64,000 nucleotides of DNA, taken from an uncultured cyanobacterium. GTDB taxonomy: Bacteria; Cyanobacteriota; Cyanobacteriia; PCC-9006; JAAUQQ01. Shown here in pieces: positions 1 to 9,871 of this stretch; within the stretch, counting starts at the first letter, position 1, and every line of letters begins with the position of its first letter. Location of the stretch: contig OY970368.1 of NCBI GenBank assembly GCA_963718615.1, forward strand, positions 5,184,001 through 5,248,000, given 5' to 3'. The notes under the pieces were generated by a model. The model worked only from the letters and a program-made list of their open reading frames with translations, had not been told where the DNA came from and did no database searches. The position numbers were made by a program, and so were the translations under genes.

Positions 1-28
1 TCAAATTTTAGGACAGCAACGTCTGAGT

Positions 29-568
29 TTGGTGGGCAATGAGCAATCGTTGATTCCAGCGGCCAATCGGTTGCTCCTACAAACCGCAGAACGTCTTGCT
101 ATTTTGCCCTGCCATTACTGTCGCTTGGTCTACGACGAAGATGTTGTGGTCTTTGAGGTCATGCTGGCGACAACGGCTGAGTTATCTCACGATCCTCGCT
201 CTTGGCTCATCCGGCTAGCACGGGATATTCGCCTCAATTTAACTGAGATTGGTGGCTATCTCCAAACCCAGTCAAGTTCCGATCGAACCGTTACCCAACT
301 ACGGCTGGAGCTGCCCCTCAGTAAAGTGCTCTGGATACCTAAACCAATCCAAGAAGCAGAACCCCCAGAAGGATTGCTGCCGCTATCGCGGCGGGAGCGG
401 GAAGTTTTGTCACTGCTGGCGGAGGGACTGCGCGATCGCGATATCGCAGAACGGCTTTTTATCAGCGAAAGCACGGTAAAATTTCATATTAATAATAGCT
501 TGACCAAACTTCAGGCTAAAAATCGTTATCAGGGGATTTATCAAGCAACGCTGCGCGGATTGCTTTAG
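29..568 (+). CDS. LuxR-family C-terminal HTH transcriptional regulator (5' end probably outside window)
   Basis: C-terminal LSRREREVLSLLAEGLRDRDIAERLFISESTVKFH is a LuxR/GerE HTH; the frame appears open to the window edge. Confidence 0.85.
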   Translation: MVGNEQSLIPAANRLLLQTAERLAILPCHYCRLVYDEDVVVFEVMLATTAELSHDPRSWLIRLARDIRLNLTEIGGYLQTQSSSDRTVTQLRLELPLSKVLWIPKPIQEAEPPEGLLPLSRREREVLSLLAEGLRDRDIAERLFISESTVKFHINNSLTKLQAKNRYQGIYQATLRGLL

Positions 569-801
569 GAACAAACACTTAATTCTCGTTCCTTAGATGG
601 CATTGGGGTTGGATTGTCTATTTACAGGAAACAATCTGTCAAGCAAAGCTGATATTGTCTTTGTTTTCAAAACAATCCATAATCAAGATAGGGTAAAATG
701 AGCGCAACGAATTCTCCAAAGATGCTGAATCTTATTGTTTGAAGCTTATCGTTTGAACTGCCTTTACCCTGACGATTGATCCGCTCTGGAGGTAACTTTT
801 A

Positions 802-1539
802 ATGATTACAATTCGTCCTGCGGCTGAACGCGGTGCTGCAAACTTGGGTTGGCTCGACACTCGTCATACGTTCTCCTTTGGCAACTACTATGACCCAGCC
901 CACATGGGATTTGCCAGTCTACGGGTCATTAATGAAGACAAGGTGCTTCCCGGTCAGGGATTTCCCACCCACGGTCATCAAGACATGGAAATTGTGACCT
1001 ATATTCTCGAAGGCGAATTGGAGCATCGGGATAGTATTGGCAATGGCTCAATCATTCGCCCCGGCGATGTGCAACGCATGAGCGCAGGCTCTGGAATTCG
1101 GCACAGCGAGTATAATCCTTCCTCCGAAAACCCAGTGCATTTGCTGCAAATTTGGCTGTTACCAGAAACCACTGGCTTGGCACCGAGCTATGAGCAAACC
1201 CATTTTTCGCAGAGCGATCGCCAAGGTCAATTGCGATTGATCGGCTCCCGTGATGGCCGTGAAGGTTCTGTCACGATTCACCAGGATGTTTCACTGTATG
1301 TTGCTCGGCTCACGGCTGAAGAAAAGGTGCAATATCCAGGGCAAGATCCAGGACCAGATCCAGGGCAAGCGGGGGAAGGCGATCGCAAAATTTGGGTTCA
1401 AGTGGCCCGAGGGATGATTACACTCAATGGCCAAACGCTGTACGCTGGAGATGGTGCTGGCATCAGTCAAGCGCAACAGCTTGAACTCGTGGGTCAATCC
1501 GATCATGCCGAGTTCTTGCTGTTTGATATGGCAGCCTAA
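802..1539 (+). CDS. Pirin-family (YhhW-like) cupin protein
   Basis: [32 protein letters not shown] and [11 protein letters not shown] metal motifs; RBS GGAGG upstream. Confidence 0.93.
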   Translation: MITIRPAAERGAANLGWLDTRHTFSFGNYYDPAHMGFASLRVINEDKVLPGQGFPTHGHQDMEIVTYILEGELEHRDSIGNGSIIRPGDVQRMSAGSGIRHSEYNPSSENPVHLLQIWLLPETTGLAPSYEQTHFSQSDRQGQLRLIGSRDGREGSVTIHQDVSLYVARLTAEEKVQYPGQDPGPDPGQAGEGDRKIWVQVARGMITLNGQTLYAGDGAGISQAQQLELVGQSDHAEFLLFDMAA

Positions 1540-1597
1540 TCCCGCCAGCAAAATCAGCAAGAAGAGAGCCCAGGAAGATAGCCCAGGAAGATAGCCC

Positions 1598-2008
1598 ATG
1601 AGTCGCCCATCCATCGATTATCCCATTGTCTTTTTTGATGGAGAATGCGTCCTATGCAACGGCTTTCTGGACTGGATGATGGCGATCGACCATCAAGCTC
1701 AGCTCCGGGTTGCACCCCTCCAAGGCGAAACCGCGACCCAGCTCTTGCCCCCTTTACCCCATCAGCCGGAAGACTGGTCGATCTATTACCTCGACGAGCA
1801 AGGGTTGTATGCTCAATCTGATGCAGTCCTGCGGATTATGCGTCGATTGGGCGGAATTTGGGAGGTCCTGAGCTGGGGAGAGGGGATTCCCCAGCCCGTG
1901 CGAGATGCGGTTTATCGCCTTGTGGCCAGTAATCGCTATCGGCTTCTGGGCAAACGGGAGACCTGCCGATTGCCCAGCAAAGCAGAAAAAGCAAGGTTTT
2001 TACCCTAG
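1598..2008 (+). CDS. DCC1-like thiol-disulfide oxidoreductase (DUF393)
   Basis: FFDGECVLC (DxxCxxC) and YRLVASNRY motifs. Confidence 0.9.
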   Translation: MSRPSIDYPIVFFDGECVLCNGFLDWMMAIDHQAQLRVAPLQGETATQLLPPLPHQPEDWSIYYLDEQGLYAQSDAVLRIMRRLGGIWEVLSWGEGIPQPVRDAVYRLVASNRYRLLGKRETCRLPSKAEKARFLP

Positions 2009-2013
2009 CGCTT

Positions 2014-2652
2014 TTAGGCTCGTAAAGATTGCCCCGCAACTGCGGCAAACACCAAAAACAATGCTCCCCCCAGGGCTGTTAGCGTCTGCTCCGAGAGGTG
2101 ACCACAGACCCAGCGACCGCAAACTACGGCGATCGCCGCACAAATCCCATGGCCAAGGGTTCCCCCAAAAATCACGCTGAGGGCAGGATGATCTGCGGCT
2201 AAAGCAATGGTGGTGAATTGAGTGCGATCGCCCCACTCTGCCACAAAGACCAGCGAACAAGCCTCCAGCATAATCGCCAGCGGCCCTGTGCGTTTTAGTT
2301 TTGCCTCCGCCGCTGAAACGGCGGCAGCGGCCTCTTCCATTTCATCATCACTCGACCTCTGGGGAGCCATTCGCCAAGCATCGTAGAGCAACTTCAAGCC
2401 AAAGGCTGCAAACAAAACAATTTCTGCAACCTTGACCCAATACTGGGGCAACAACGTTGCCGCCTGCCCGAAGCTTACTGACAGAACCGTCATCGCTGCT
2501 AAGGCGATCATGGCTCCCGCAAAGACCCAGCGGCGCGGATGTTTGGTCGCCAGTAGCGCCCCAATCAAAAAGGTCTTGTCCCCCAACTCAAACAGGGTCA
2601 TGGCCACCAAAGACTTGGTAAACCCTGTCAAAAACACCGTGCTATTGAACAT
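2014..2652 (-). CDS. TMEM165/GDT1 (UPF0016) family Mn2+ transporter
   Basis: Two E-phi-G-D-(K/R)-T motifs (ELGDKT, EWGDRT); start placed at the ATG of MFNSTVF rather than the longer ORF start at 2736. Confidence 0.9.
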   Translation of the reverse strand: MFNSTVFLTGFTKSLVAMTLFELGDKTFLIGALLATKHPRRWVFAGAMIALAAMTVLSVSFGQAATLLPQYWVKVAEIVLFAAFGLKLLYDAWRMAPQRSSDDEMEEAAAAVSAAEAKLKRTGPLAIMLEACSLVFVAEWGDRTQFTTIALAADHPALSVIFGGTLGHGICAAIAVVCGRWVCGHLSEQTLTALGGALFLVFAAVAGQSLRA

Positions 2653-2772
2653 ACAAACGCTTCGCTCTGTAACGCTAGGAGGCGGCAGGGTAACAGAGTT
2701 AAAGATTGCAAACCCAAATATCTGACATTTGGCCAAGACACTCCACTCCGTCCACCCAAACCGGTGAACATC

Positions 2773-2922
2773 GTGAAGGTCTCGCTTAAACTAACGCATT
2801 CGCTTAAAACAAAGGTCTAAAGATCCTGTTCCAAACGCCTTAGCATGCTCTCAACCAGGCTCATCGCCAGTATGTTGATTGAAAGCCGGGAATCTGAAGA
2901 TTACCGAAACTACTCCCCTTCA
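2773..2922 (-). promoter_or_regulatory. yybP-ykoY manganese riboswitch
   Basis: Minus strand reads AAGGGGAGTAG...TCAACATACT...GCGAGACCTT, the yybP-ykoY consensus blocks, directly upstream of a UPF0016 gene. Confidence 0.85.
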
Positions 2923-3132
2923 AGAGTTCAATTCTACAGGATCCTCACCTATTCTTCCTAATCCAAGCTGAAAGATTTCCTAAGCCACCTCAACCCGTGA
3001 TTTTGGGGTTTTGGACTTGGCTTGAACCTTGATCAGCATTTGCTCCACCTGGATCCCCAAGAAACGTCCCCCAGCTTCGAGCATATCCAAATCCTCTTGA
3101 TCCCAAGCATGGGGAAGGGTATCGATTTCAAC

Positions 3133-3900
3133 TCACGAACTCCTACTTTCGCTGGTCATCACTAATGCTTTGGGGCGGGCCGTGGGTTCATTGACCAAAG
3201 GTTCGCGGGAAATGCGCATGAACCGAATTGGCCGAGGAGATTTGAGCAGCGCAATCGGAATTTGTAAGACAACTTCTCCGGTGGATGTCGAGTTGAATTG
3301 ACCACAAAGAACTTTTTGCTCTGGTGTAAATGCCCACAGATGATAACGTTCGCCTTCAGGCAACTGCGGTAAGTTTTGCAGCGCCACCCAAGCATTGCCG
3401 GATTCCAAATCTAAGACCACGCTTCCCGTTGCAGCCTTCGCGACCTGAGTTCCGTGGAGCACAAAGGCTTGGGTTTTTGATTCCTGGAGCGCAGCCACCG
3501 TTGTATCCAGGAGCGCCAAGCGATGGCGCAACACGTAGTTGTTCCAGCTTAGCCCTAGGGTCAAGGCTACAAGCGCTGCGATCGCCCCCCAAATTCCCCA
3601 AGTCATCCCCCCATTCAATCTGCCCTTCGGCCCACTCTGATTGATTCCATTCCAGCTTATTTTTTTTGAGCCCGTTGCTTCTCGGCGGGTCCCTGCCGCC
3701 GCCAAAATCCTCGCCTTGAGCGTTACCGGAGCTGGTTCACAAGCGTCATAGGCGATCAAGCCCACCATGGATTGCAGGGTTTGAAGCTCCCCCTCCAAGG
3801 CTGGCTGGGTCTGCAACCGCTGCTCCACCGCTGCTTGGTCTTCTTCGGTGAGCGACCCTAGGGCATAGCCGATTAATAATTCCCCAGTGCGCTCGTCCAT
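3133..3900 (-). CDS. Anti-sigma factor, RskA family (copy 2)
   Basis: N-terminal GYALGSL...E..E, one TM helix, C-terminal LQNLPQLPEGERYHLW RskA domain. Confidence 0.85.
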   Translation of the reverse strand: MDERTGELLIGYALGSLTEEDQAAVEQRLQTQPALEGELQTLQSMVGLIAYDACEPAPVTLKARILAAAGTRREATGSKKISWNGINQSGPKGRLNGGMTWGIWGAIAALVALTLGLSWNNYVLRHRLALLDTTVAALQESKTQAFVLHGTQVAKAATGSVVLDLESGNAWVALQNLPQLPEGERYHLWAFTPEQKVLCGQFNSTSTGEVVLQIPIALLKSPRPIRFMRISREPLVNEPTARPKALVMTSESRSS

Positions 3901-3941
3901 AGTCCTACCCCTCTATCTCCTCTATAGGCTTAGCATGCCTC

Positions 3942-4721
3942 CTAACTTTCAGTCATCAGCACAACATTCTCCTGGGGCGATCGCGGCAATTCTCCCCGCT
4001 TCCCTCGTACCAATCGCATCGAAACCAGTTCACTGGTATATAAAGCTGGATTAACAAAGAGATCTGCGATCGCCGTTTCCCCAGCCTCCACCGAAATCTG
4101 GCCACAGATAATCGCTGAATCTTCCATTATTGCCCAGAGGTAGTAGGTTTCATCCTCGGGCAACGGTACCAGCCGTTGGGCCACCAACAAAACTCGACCT
4201 TGGGTTTCATCGATCACCACCTTAGCCGAAGCCTCAGACGCAGCTTGAGCGGGGTTGGCCACCAACGTCAGGAAGTGGGCTTCCTCAGGGATATGGGCTT
4301 GGGTGGCTTGGACCGTAACCAACTGATGACGGAGACGATAGTTGTCTAATCCAAACCCTAGACCAACCAACAAACTAGCCGCAGCAACCCCCATGGACCA
4401 GCGATGCCAGGAAGGTTGAGGCGATCGCTGCTGGCTCACCAACGCCTGAGGTCGGAGGGCGCGCTGTATACTCCGTTTTGCGAGGGCACGTGTCCCAGGT
4501 GCCGTCCCTTGAGCCGATGCCAGAATTCTCGTTTTTAGGGCGGCTGGAGCCGGTGGAGTGACCTCGCCATGGGCCACTAAAGCTAAGGTTTCTTGCCATT
4601 GACGAAGTTCCTGACGCAGCCACGGCTCATTTTCTAAACGCTGCTCGATCGCGTAGGTTTCTTCCGGCGATAGAGACTGGAGAATGTAACCGATTAACAA
4701 CGACTCAGGATACTCAGACAT
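3942..4721 (-). CDS. Anti-sigma factor, RskA family (copy 1)
   Basis: GYILQSLSPEE...PAPAALKTRILA, TM helix, LVPLPEDETYYLW. Confidence 0.85.
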   Translation of the reverse strand: MSEYPESLLIGYILQSLSPEETYAIEQRLENEPWLRQELRQWQETLALVAHGEVTPPAPAALKTRILASAQGTAPGTRALAKRSIQRALRPQALVSQQRSPQPSWHRWSMGVAAASLLVGLGFGLDNYRLRHQLVTVQATQAHIPEEAHFLTLVANPAQAASEASAKVVIDETQGRVLLVAQRLVPLPEDETYYLWAIMEDSAIICGQISVEAGETAIADLFVNPALYTSELVSMRLVRGKRGELPRSPQENVVLMTES

Positions 4722-4823
4722 GGATTAGGAGGAGGGGATAAAGGGGATTAGGGCAAAGAAAAGAACTAACATAAAGTTTATTAAGGGTGGAAAAGGCGTT
4801 AGCCGCTAAAAGACAAAATAGCG

Positions 4824-5375
4824 CTAGATCAAATCATGGAGATTTTTCCTCAACTTCGTAAATCCAAGGCGAAACCAGCTTTTAACGGTACCCAGAGGAA
4901 CCTGCAGCCGCTGAGCAATTTCGGCCTGGGTTAGACCCTCGTAATAGGCCAGTTTCAAGGCTTGACGCTGTTGCTCCGGTAACTCATTCAAGGCGGCTTG
5001 CACACGACGAGTCGTTTCGTCCTGGACAACGTTTTCCAGCGGTTGATTGGGAAACTCCTGTCCGATGTCCCCTCGAATCCAGCGCTGGGCGGTGCGTAGG
5101 GCTCCTTGACGCGATCGCACCCGGTCCAAAGCTCGCGAACGAATCGTCAGCAACAAAAAGCTTCTGAACGAGCCGCGTGCTGGATTATAGGTGCAGTGAT
5201 TCCAGAGGTTGAGAAAGACTTCTTGGACCAAATCTTCCGCTTCCTGGCGCTGCCCTAAAATTCGCAAGGCCAAACCATACATGACGTCCCCATAGCTATC
5301 GTAGAGCGACCCTAGGGCTGAGGCATCGCCTGCCTGAAGCGCTTGAACGATGGCTTGTTCAGAGGTACGGATCAC
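4824..5375 (-). CDS. ECF sigma-70 factor (SigK-like)
   Basis: Region 2 AEDLVQEVFL; region 4 LAYYEGLTQAEIAQRLQVPLGTVKS. Confidence 0.92.
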   Translation of the reverse strand: MIRTSEQAIVQALQAGDASALGSLYDSYGDVMYGLALRILGQRQEAEDLVQEVFLNLWNHCTYNPARGSFRSFLLLTIRSRALDRVRSRQGALRTAQRWIRGDIGQEFPNQPLENVVQDETTRRVQAALNELPEQQRQALKLAYYEGLTQAEIAQRLQVPLGTVKSWFRLGFTKLRKNLHDLI

Positions 5376-5595
5376 AGATCAGCGTCGTATGGATTTTCCA
5401 TAGTTTACCTTGCCTCAGTCAGCAAGACCGGACTTATGGGTTGCGACTTAACTTTTGTTAATTGGATAGCGTTTCTTCACCTCCTTACGGTACTAACGCT
5501 TTTAACTATAGATACGGAGCATCCCTTCATTTAGATCACCCCTGGTCAATCCCATCTCAAAATCCGAGATTTACGAGGTGATGAGGTCACAAGTT

Positions 5596-6945
5596 TTACT
5601 GAGCCAAACCCACATCCCAGCGATCGCGATGTCGTCCAATCGTGACTTGCTCCGCTAGACGCTGCTCGCACAACCGTAGAAGGTCCGCCGTGAAGAGTTG
5701 ACGGGAGGGGAGGCGATCGCCCAGGGCAAGGTGTCGAACCAAGGTCAGGCTGGTGTAGATCGCGATCCGTTGCCGCAAGGCCGTGAGTTGGGCAGGGGTC
5801 ATCTGGGGGGTTTGCAAATCGAGGAAGCTTTTGAGAAAGCGATCGCCCACCGGCTTAAGTGCCAGGGCATAGCCAAGGGTCCGCACACCCTGTTCGATTA
5901 AGTAGCCCAGAAAATTTCCCACATCTACGGCTGGATCACCTAAACAAGCCAGGTCCAGATCAAGAAAATAGAGCCGTTGGCCCATTCGTAGCACCTGATC
6001 CGCAGAAAAGTCGCGATGGATCAACCCTGAAGGGCCAGGGGATAAATCCCAGTCCAATCGATACCCCAACCGGTGACACTGCTCCCACAGGGCCAAAATA
6101 CGAGGCTCCCACTCGGGATGGCGTTGCGCAAGGCGACGCAATTGTTGGTGCAAAACCCTAAATTCCACCCCCAAATCATGCTGCTGAAGCTGCGGCCACA
6201 AGGAGGGCAGCGAGGTCCTATGTCCCCGTTGGGGACTCAAATGTTGTCCATCTAAGGGCGTCTGGTGGAGCTTGTGCAAGGCTTTTGCCATCTGCCGAGC
6301 AAGCAGCATACCGCTGGGTCCCGGCAAAATTTCAGTGACTTCTGTACCGGGAATCCGACGCTGCACCCACTGATTAAAGTCCGCAAACAATCCTAGCGGT
6401 TCGGGAACACTGATCTCATCCAGGCTCTGGTCATCAAAACCCGAGAACCAAAGCGCTCGCTGGATTTCATAACTGCGACGATCCAAACCTTTCGCACGGA
6501 TCTTGCCTAGAACATCGTAGGACCAGCCTGGAGCATCCGGATCAATCCAACGATATTCCACTAAACAGCGCCGACCCGGTTTATGCCGACAGATCCAAAT
6601 TCGCTTTAGAATCTGGGGCTGAGCTTCGCAGTCCGATGCTAATTCATGGGGAAGACTGCGAAACGGCAACGAGCCTTCAGCCTCGGCATTGTGGTAGAGC
6701 TGCTGAAATTGCTGGAGCACCTCCTCTGGATTCACTGCCGCTTTAAGGGTGAATAATGCCGGGTCAGATTGAGCATTGAGGGGATCCAGAATTGCAAGAT
6801 TGGGGGCGATCGCCCCAAAACAAGGGGAGGAGATCGGGGGCATCTCCTGAGAACCAGCGGTGGTGTCAAAGGAGCTTTTAGAAGTCGATAAATGGTGCAT
6901 ATAAACAATACGAAGTCTGTTAAAACTTGGATCACAACAGGGCAA
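5596..6945 (-). CDS. Aminoglycoside-phosphotransferase (APH/choline kinase)-family kinase
   Basis: Brenner motif IHRDFSADQV, LDLD, GDPAVDVGNF; the exact start is uncertain. Confidence 0.8.
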   Translation of the reverse strand: MPCCDPSFNRLRIVYMHHLSTSKSSFDTTAGSQEMPPISSPCFGAIAPNLAILDPLNAQSDPALFTLKAAVNPEEVLQQFQQLYHNAEAEGSLPFRSLPHELASDCEAQPQILKRIWICRHKPGRRCLVEYRWIDPDAPGWSYDVLGKIRAKGLDRRSYEIQRALWFSGFDDQSLDEISVPEPLGLFADFNQWVQRRIPGTEVTEILPGPSGMLLARQMAKALHKLHQTPLDGQHLSPQRGHRTSLPSLWPQLQQHDLGVEFRVLHQQLRRLAQRHPEWEPRILALWEQCHRLGYRLDWDLSPGPSGLIHRDFSADQVLRMGQRLYFLDLDLACLGDPAVDVGNFLGYLIEQGVRTLGYALALKPVGDRFLKSFLDLQTPQMTPAQLTALRQRIAIYTSLTLVRHLALGDRLPSRQLFTADLLRLCEQRLAEQVTIGRHRDRWDVGLAQ

Positions 6946-7289
6946 TTGATCGCCAGTTTCAGCCTAAGAACAATCTATGGATCCAATTTTCTCAAGGCCC
7001 AGTCGTCTTTACAAGGAAATTCAGGAGGCCATTTCAAAGAAAAATTATTTCCCAGTGATCCAACTAGAGCTTGACTCCGTATTAACAGCAGAACATCGCC
7101 CAACCCGTGAGTGAAATCTTCCCTTTATAGCTCTAACTCGGTGGCCCAAAAACTCTAGAGCGAGTAGAGCTCAATTGGATAATGACACTAGAGATTGCCT
7201 AGAACATTGCTTATCACAAGCATTTTCTTATCTCGGCAATCCCGTTTGGCAATTCTGTCAAGTAGCCTTTTATTTCTGTAGAGAACATC

Positions 7290-7472
7290 ATGAAAACGAC
7301 TCAAAAGCCCTCACTATTCACTAAAATCACTCCTGAAGAAGCAACGTTAATTAACGGTGGTCGTCGCGGTCGTGGTGCAGATGATGGCCCAGGCCACGAT
7401 GCAGGGGACGACAAAGGCGGTCGCAGAGGCGGTCGCGGTCGCGGCACAGATGACGGTCCCAATCATCGCTAA
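7290..7472 (+). CDS. Double-glycine leader precursor peptide (60 aa)
   Basis: Leader ...LFTKITPEEATLINGG followed by a 36-aa G/R/D-rich core; immediately upstream of a C39 transporter. Confidence 0.75.
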   Translation: MKTTQKPSLFTKITPEEATLINGGRRGRGADDGPGHDAGDDKGGRRGGRGRGTDDGPNHR

Positions 7473-7682
7473 GTAACTGCGGTGAACAGACTTAATTCCT
7501 AACTATTCTAAGGCAATGTGTAATTCGCGATCTGTGAGAGATTACAACCGGTCTAGGCAGTTGAAATAGACCTCGTTCTCTTGCATGGACCAGTAACTCT
7601 GATTGGGAAAGATTACACATTGCTGTTACATACCGCTATGACACACCATCGTTAAAAAGCAATTCAGACCCTCACTTTAGCG

Positions 7683-9833
7683 TTGACTATGGGTTATGCC
7701 AACATCTTGCAGTATAGCGAAGAAGACTGTGGTGCAGCTTGCTTAGCAAGCATCGCTCAACACTATGGCCAGTTCTTCAGCCTCAACCGTGTTCGTGCCG
7801 CCATTGGCACGGGTCAATTGGGTACAACACTGCTAGGATTGATGCAAGGAGCCGATAGTCTAGGCTTTCAGGCAAGAACCGTACGAGTTTCTCCAGATAT
7901 TCTCGATTGGCTTGATGAGATTCCCTTACCCGCCATTCTCCATTGGCAAGGCAACCATTACGTTGTGTTTTATGGGAAACGGGGCAATCAATACGTCATT
8001 GCTGACCCCGCGATTGGCATCCGCTTTGTCTCTAGACAAATCTTGCTCAAAGACTGGAGCCAAGGCGTTACACTCCTCCTAGAGCCGGATCCGCTGCGGT
8101 TCGCGGAGCAACTCGGCGATCGCCCCCAAAGCCTCATCCGGTTTCTACAACCCGCATGGCAGTATCGCGGTTTACTGATTGAAGCGCTGGTTTTAAATCT
8201 CTTCATCGGTGGATTTGCCTTAGCATTGCCCTTGGTCATTCAGGTTTTAACCGACGATATTTTGGTGCGGGGCGATCGCCTACTTTTGGCACGCATCGGC
8301 ATTGCTTTTGTTGTTTTACAGGGGCTCAGCAGTAGCTTAGAGTGGATTCAATCCCAACTCATTGCCCATTTCGCCCAGCGCCTCGAACTTAAACTAGTTC
8401 TTGAATTTTCCCGTACTCTGCTGCGGCTGCCCTTAACCTATTATGAGTCCCACCGCAGCGGTGAAATTGTTAGCCGTTTGCAGGATATTCAAGATATTAA
8501 TCGCTTGATTTCTAAAGTCTTGATTCGATTGCCCAGTCGATTTCTTGTGGCGTTAGTTTCTTTGGGCGTCATGGTCCTGTACAATTCAGCGCTCACGGGA
8601 GTTGCAGTGGCGATCGCGCTCTTCATGTCCTGCTCAACCCTAGTTTGCCTGCCAACTCTGCGGCGCAAAATGCGTCACTTGCTCACCCTTGAAGCGGAAA
8701 ATCAAGGCATTTTGGTTGAAAGCTTTAAAGGGGCCATGACCCTAAAGACCACTGGCGCTTCACCGCAGCTTTGGGACGAGCTCAACATCCGATTTGGGCA
8801 GTTAGCCAATCTAACCTTCCGCACGCTACAGATTAACATTCTCAATCGTAGTTTTTCTGGATTCGCCTTTGGCATCGGCGATATTGCGCTCCTCTGGTTT
8901 GGAAGCCAGTGGGTTTTGAGTGGAGACCTAAGCATTGGGCAGTTGCTAGCCTTTATGGCACTCACCGATAATTTTCTAGCATTTATTGATTTTGGTATCC
9001 AGTTTCTAGATGAGTATGTGCGAGTTAAAGCATCGGTTCAGCGGCTCTCAGAAGTTATTGATACTCCCCATGAGGCTTCATCCCAAGGCGGTCAAGCTCG
9101 GGCTCAGATCTCTTCAAGTGCAGACATTATTTGTGCAGATCTGAATTTCCATCATCCAGGTCGTCCCGAGCTTTTGAAAAATCTTTCGGTTAAGATTCCT
9201 GGCGGTAAAGTCACAGCTCTAATTGGTCCATCCGGCTGTGGCAAAAGTACTTTAACAAAATTAATCACTCAACTGTATAGTCTCCAATCCGGCAGCATTC
9301 GGGTAGGTGCCTATCGCCTTGGGGATCTACAACTAGACAATCTCAGACAACAGATTATTCTAGTTCCTCAAGATGCTCATTTTTGGAGTCGAAGTATTCT
9401 AGAAAACTTCCAGTTTTCGCTCCCTCATGCGAGCTTTGATCAGATTACAAAAGTCTGTCGAATTGCCGAAGCGGACGAATTTATCCAACAACTTCCCCAT
9501 GGCTATCAAACCATCCTAGGAGAATTTGGAGCTAATTTATCCGGTGGACAACGACAGCGGTTAGCGATCGCCCGCGCCCTCCTCTTCGATCCACCCATTC
9601 TCATCTTAGATGAATCGACAGCGGGCCTCGATCCGGTCAGCGAAGCCCATCTCCTCAATCAATTGCTCGCCCATCGACAGGGCAAAACCACATTATTAAT
9701 TAGCCATCGTCCCTCCGTCATTCAACGGGCAGATTGGGTCATTTTTCTAGAGCAAGGTCAACTTAAATTTCAAGGACCCTTGCTGGATTTACAGCGCAAT
9801 CCCGGCGCAGCAGCGAAGTTTGTTGCGCGATAG
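7683..9833 (+). CDS. Peptidase C39 domain-containing ABC transporter (PCAT)
   Basis: QYSEEDCGAAC (catalytic Cys), HYVV, IADP; TM domain; GPSGCGKS, LSGGQRQR, ILDE. Confidence 0.95.
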   Translation: MTMGYANILQYSEEDCGAACLASIAQHYGQFFSLNRVRAAIGTGQLGTTLLGLMQGADSLGFQARTVRVSPDILDWLDEIPLPAILHWQGNHYVVFYGKRGNQYVIADPAIGIRFVSRQILLKDWSQGVTLLLEPDPLRFAEQLGDRPQSLIRFLQPAWQYRGLLIEALVLNLFIGGFALALPLVIQVLTDDILVRGDRLLLARIGIAFVVLQGLSSSLEWIQSQLIAHFAQRLELKLVLEFSRTLLRLPLTYYESHRSGEIVSRLQDIQDINRLISKVLIRLPSRFLVALVSLGVMVLYNSALTGVAVAIALFMSCSTLVCLPTLRRKMRHLLTLEAENQGILVESFKGAMTLKTTGASPQLWDELNIRFGQLANLTFRTLQINILNRSFSGFAFGIGDIALLWFGSQWVLSGDLSIGQLLAFMALTDNFLAFIDFGIQFLDEYVRVKASVQRLSEVIDTPHEASSQGGQARAQISSSADIICADLNFHHPGRPELLKNLSVKIPGGKVTALIGPSGCGKSTLTKLITQLYSLQSGSIRVGAYRLGDLQLDNLRQQIILVPQDAHFWSRSILENFQFSLPHASFDQITKVCRIAEADEFIQQLPHGYQTILGEFGANLSGGQRQRLAIARALLFDPPILILDESTAGLDPVSEAHLLNQLLAHRQGKTTLLISHRPSVIQRADWVIFLEQGQLKFQGPLLDLQRNPGAAAKFVAR

Positions 9834-9871
9834 GGACCGACCAAACGCTTCAGAGTAGAGGAAAGCAAATT

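Noticed and set aside
1335-1597. Short tandem duplications (also at ~26540, ~27715, ~50790 and ~60525)
   Set aside because: These 12-15 bp slippage repeats have no unique spacers and are not CRISPR-like
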